DNA of 56,102 nucleotides from a virus (Duplodnaviria; Caudoviricetes), in the IMG/VR virus record IMGVR_UViG_3300022198_005692, positions 1 through 56,102 of that record; one strand, written 5' to 3'. The notes below the pieces were generated by a model. It did not search any database. It was not told where the DNA came from and was given only the letters and a program-made list of their open reading frames with translations. The translations under genes and the position numbers were made by a program. This document shows, piece after piece, positions 55,950-56,102 of the stretch. The first letter of the stretch is position 1, and each line of letters opens with the position of its first letter.

Positions 55950-56102
55950 ATGTCACAACCATATCCAGATAAATTTGGGTTATCTGACAATTGTAATCCC
56001 GCGTCTGTAGATTACTTTATTGAAATATTTGGTTATCAAGAAGCTTTGGAATTAGGATCAATAGACGATCCGACTAGGAATGATATCAATTACGATAAGA
56101 TT
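55950..56102 (+). CDS. Head-tail adaptor (Mu gp36 / DUF1320-like), partial
   Basis: Hand translation MSQPYPDKFGLSDNCNPASVDYFIEIFGYQEALELGSIDDPTRNDINYDKI matches the gp36-like A..D....FG..E...L...D pattern; lies after the capsid gene, with GTTTAAAG at 55921. Confidence 0.6.
   Translation, partial: MSQPYPDKFGLSDNCNPASVDYFIEIFGYQEALELGSIDDPTRNDINYDKI

Noticed and set aside
1-56102. Stop-codon reassignment or tRNA genes
   Set aside because: Long ORFs are intact in the standard code and TAA, TGA and TAG all terminate genes. No tRNA cloverleaf was recognised by eye; tRNAscan was not run.

Overview
This is a 56 kb virion-morphogenesis region of a large contractile-tailed (myovirus-type) dsDNA phage. 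The host is probably a cyanobacterium, inferred from phoH and cyanophage-like fibre and hypothetical genes. The head module is Mu-like but dispersed: a DUF935/gp29-like portal, a protease I-scaffold fusion, a DUF2190-like decoration protein, the major capsid protein and a gp36-like adaptor. Tail genes include a 934-aa sheath, a tube, chaperone-like genes, a baseplate-hub/amidase/permuted-M23 fusion running off the left edge, and about 28 kb of fibre, spike and LRR genes. A dNMP kinase, dCMP deaminase, PhoH and a degenerate LOG/SLOG-like protein are also present. Main observations: (1) an 898-nt group I intron with a GIY-YIG endonuclease splits the major capsid gene after codon 8; (2) a recurrent GTTTAAAG-type motif lies about 22-47 nt upstream of most structural genes (a candidate late promoter), including one inside the protease gene ahead of a nested scaffold start; (3) consecutive fibre genes pair C-terminal DGGxF-type tails with MANTIRIKR-type N-termini, suggesting a head-to-tail fibre chain; (4) structured RNA candidates lie in the phoH leader and downstream of the tail-fibre tip gene; (5) one gene probably starts at ATC; (6) candidate maturation-cleavage motifs recur in the scaffold and portal. 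All family assignments come from motif recognition by eye; no database searches were run.
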